Under the pieces are notes generated by a model. That model was not told where the DNA came from, did no database searches, and was given only the letters and a program-made list of their open reading frames with translations. The position numbers were made by a program, and so were the translations under genes. Below, in pieces: positions 62,090 to 64,000 of a stretch of DNA of 64,000 bases (its first letter is position 1; each line of letters opens with the position of its first letter). The stretch is taken from contig NW_027362764.1 of NCBI RefSeq assembly GCF_046119375.1, positions 802,590,001-802,654,000 on the forward strand, given 5' to 3'. The DNA is from Phyllobates terribilis. Lineage: Eukaryota.

Positions 62090-62900
62090 AGTATTATGCC
62101 CCTACAAAGTATGATGACCCAACACAGTATGATTGCCCCACAAATCTTGCACAAAATATGATGCCCCACAGCACCCCACACAGTAAGATAGTCACCACAG
62201 CCTCCCATACAGTATGTTATCCACCACAGCCCCCACTATACAGTATTACAGGTACCACAGTCCCTCACACAGTATGATGTCCACCACAGGCCCTATATAA
62301 AGTGTGATGTACACCACAGACCCCCATATATTATGATTAGCCCACAGCCCCTATATAGTATGATGTCCCCCATTACCATCCCATGCACTTTGATAATCAC
62401 CACAGTTTCCAAAATAGTATAACGTACCCCATAGACCTCCACACAGTATAATGTCCACCACAGCCATCCTACACAGTAAGATGATCACCCACAGCCACCC
62501 CACACAGTATGATAGATCCCCCATAGACTATGAAGATCCCCCATAACTCCAATACTGTATGACGGTCCTCCCACAGCCCCCTAAATAGTATGATGGTCCA
62601 CCTCACAGCCCCCAATATAGTATGATGGTCTCTCCAAGAGTCCCCTATATAATATGATGGTCCCCCCAACACCCCTATATAGTACGATGTTCCACCCCAT
62701 AGTTCATTGTATATTATGATGGTACACAGCATATCCTCCCATATAGTATGACGGTCCACCTCACAGTCTCACATATAGTATGATGGCCCCCCCCAACAGC
62801 CCCCTATTTAGTATGATGGTCCCCCCAACAGTACACTATATAGTACGGTGGTCCAACTCACATAGCCCCATATAGTGTGATGGTACCCCAGAGCCCCCAA
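62090..62900. repeat. Degenerate ~30-bp minisatellite (CAGTATGATG..CCACAGCCCC)
   Basis: Read directly. Confidence 0.8.
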
Positions 62901-63253
62901 ATATAAAAAAAATCCCTATACTCACCTAATCCAGACTTCTCATCCTTCGCAGCATCTGTCTCCTCTTCTACCCATTCTCACAGTGGATGCTGGCGGCGCA
63001 ATGCAGTGACGTTATTGCACCGCTGACGTCCCCTGCTAGGTGCAGGCCTCCAGCAGGCCGCAGACAGAAGGGACACCCACAGCCTGCTGGCGTAAGTGAT
63101 GGGGCCAGCAACTTTGTGCTCCATCACAGCTGTTAACAGTATGAGTGATTTGAGGATTCCGATTCTGTTAACAACATAGCAGATAAGGCAGCCCACAACC
63201 AGACAGGCCCTTCTGGCATTTGCCAGAATTGCCAGATGGCCAGTCCGGCCCTG

Positions 63254-64000
63254 GGGAACGGCTAATGTTTTGGGACACGTGCTTGTGTAATGAGGGGACG
63301 GCACACCTGGAGAAATAGTGGTGGCTCGGGACCGAGAACCGAGGAACGGCCGCCGCCATCAGGTTGCGGAATGCTTCCGTCTCCACAAGCCTAAAAGGCA
63401 ACATTTCTAGTGCAAGCAGTTACAAAATGTGGGGGAATTTAGTAGTGAGGCCTGTTGGGCGTCGGCTGCGTTTTTGCGCTTGTGTTTCTAAGGACTGGGG
63501 TATGGACAACTGAACGCTGCGCTGGGACAAGGACATGGACGTGCTTCCTGATGCTGCTACTTGAGAGTGCGCAACGACAGGTGCAGGGCAGGAGGCATCT
63601 TCCCATGCACCATGGACAGGGGATTGGCTTGCATGCACAACAGCGGAAGAAGCAGTGGTGCCACCCGCAGACACTGTTCCTGGACCCTGGAGTTCGGCAA
63701 AGAAAGTCGGGTGCTTTGCTGCCATGTGCCTGATCATGCTGGTGGTGATCAGGCTGGTCGTCCCTGCTGATGCTGGCCTGGCAGATGGTGCAAATGGCCT
63801 TTTTGGGGTTATCGGCAGAGTCTTCAAAAAACAACCAGACTCGGAAAGCCCTAATAGTTGTACTGGCAACTTCCTTTGTGTTGGTGTTACGGGGAACAGT
63901 TGCCTGCCTTCTGTCTACGGCCACCACGCTGCTTCTTCCTGCCTGTTGGGGTGCTCTGCCTCCCTCCCCCTGTGTGCTGCTGTCGTCTCTCTGCATGTCC
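63254..64000 (-). pseudogene. hAT transposase N-terminal part with BED finger remnant
   Basis: VWLFFEDSADNPKKAICTIC..MIRHMAAKH; MLPFRLVETEAFRNLM. Confidence 0.85.

Larger units (their letters stand above)
59146..63253. mobile_element. 4.1-kb non-autonomous hAT-type insertion splitting the transposase
   Basis: CAGGG(A/C)CGGACTGG TIRs; flanks GGGCACTG/GGGAACGG (6/8). The protein continues across it: HKHVSQNISR|ALTKAVTGKVHL. Confidence 0.8.
53295..64000 (-). mobile_element. Second, decayed hAT family element (3' end at 53295; 5' end outside window)
   Basis: Terminus TAGTGATGGGCGAGCA with CTCG/CGAG subterminal repeats; transposase pieces point toward it. That all pieces belong to one element is inferred. 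Confidence 0.6.

Overview
Vertebrate genomic DNA, most likely a frog judging by histone and transposon types (species not determinable). The core (~22.7-34.0 kb) is a replication-dependent histone cluster: intact H3.2 (+), H2B (+, with a 137-nt N run inside the CDS), a 5'-truncated H1 (+) and intact H4 (-). All four carry 3' stem-loops, and no H2A is present. The H2B and H1 stem-loops are each followed directly by a separate minisatellite (48 bp and 36 bp) that repeats the U7-binding histone downstream element (HDE). The H2B array is stop-free and joins H2B to the H1 remnant in one reading frame, broken only by the H2B TGA. The left flank (1-22 kb) is a deep transposon nest: a Gypsy host with hAT, CR1, a TTAA element carrying a hierarchical palindromic array, a tandem LTR element with a tRNA-Ser PBS, and a sushi-like gag-PR element. 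Inside or right of the cluster are a Helitron-like element, an intact DD38E Tc1, an L2 with an amplified 3' UTR, and a full-length 10.9-kb hAT with intact transposase and perfect 8-bp TSD. Further right lie a ~3-kb tandem duplication with solo LTRs, a second decayed hAT family and a Sleeping Beauty-like fragment. Most short ORFs in the supplied track are artefacts of repeats.
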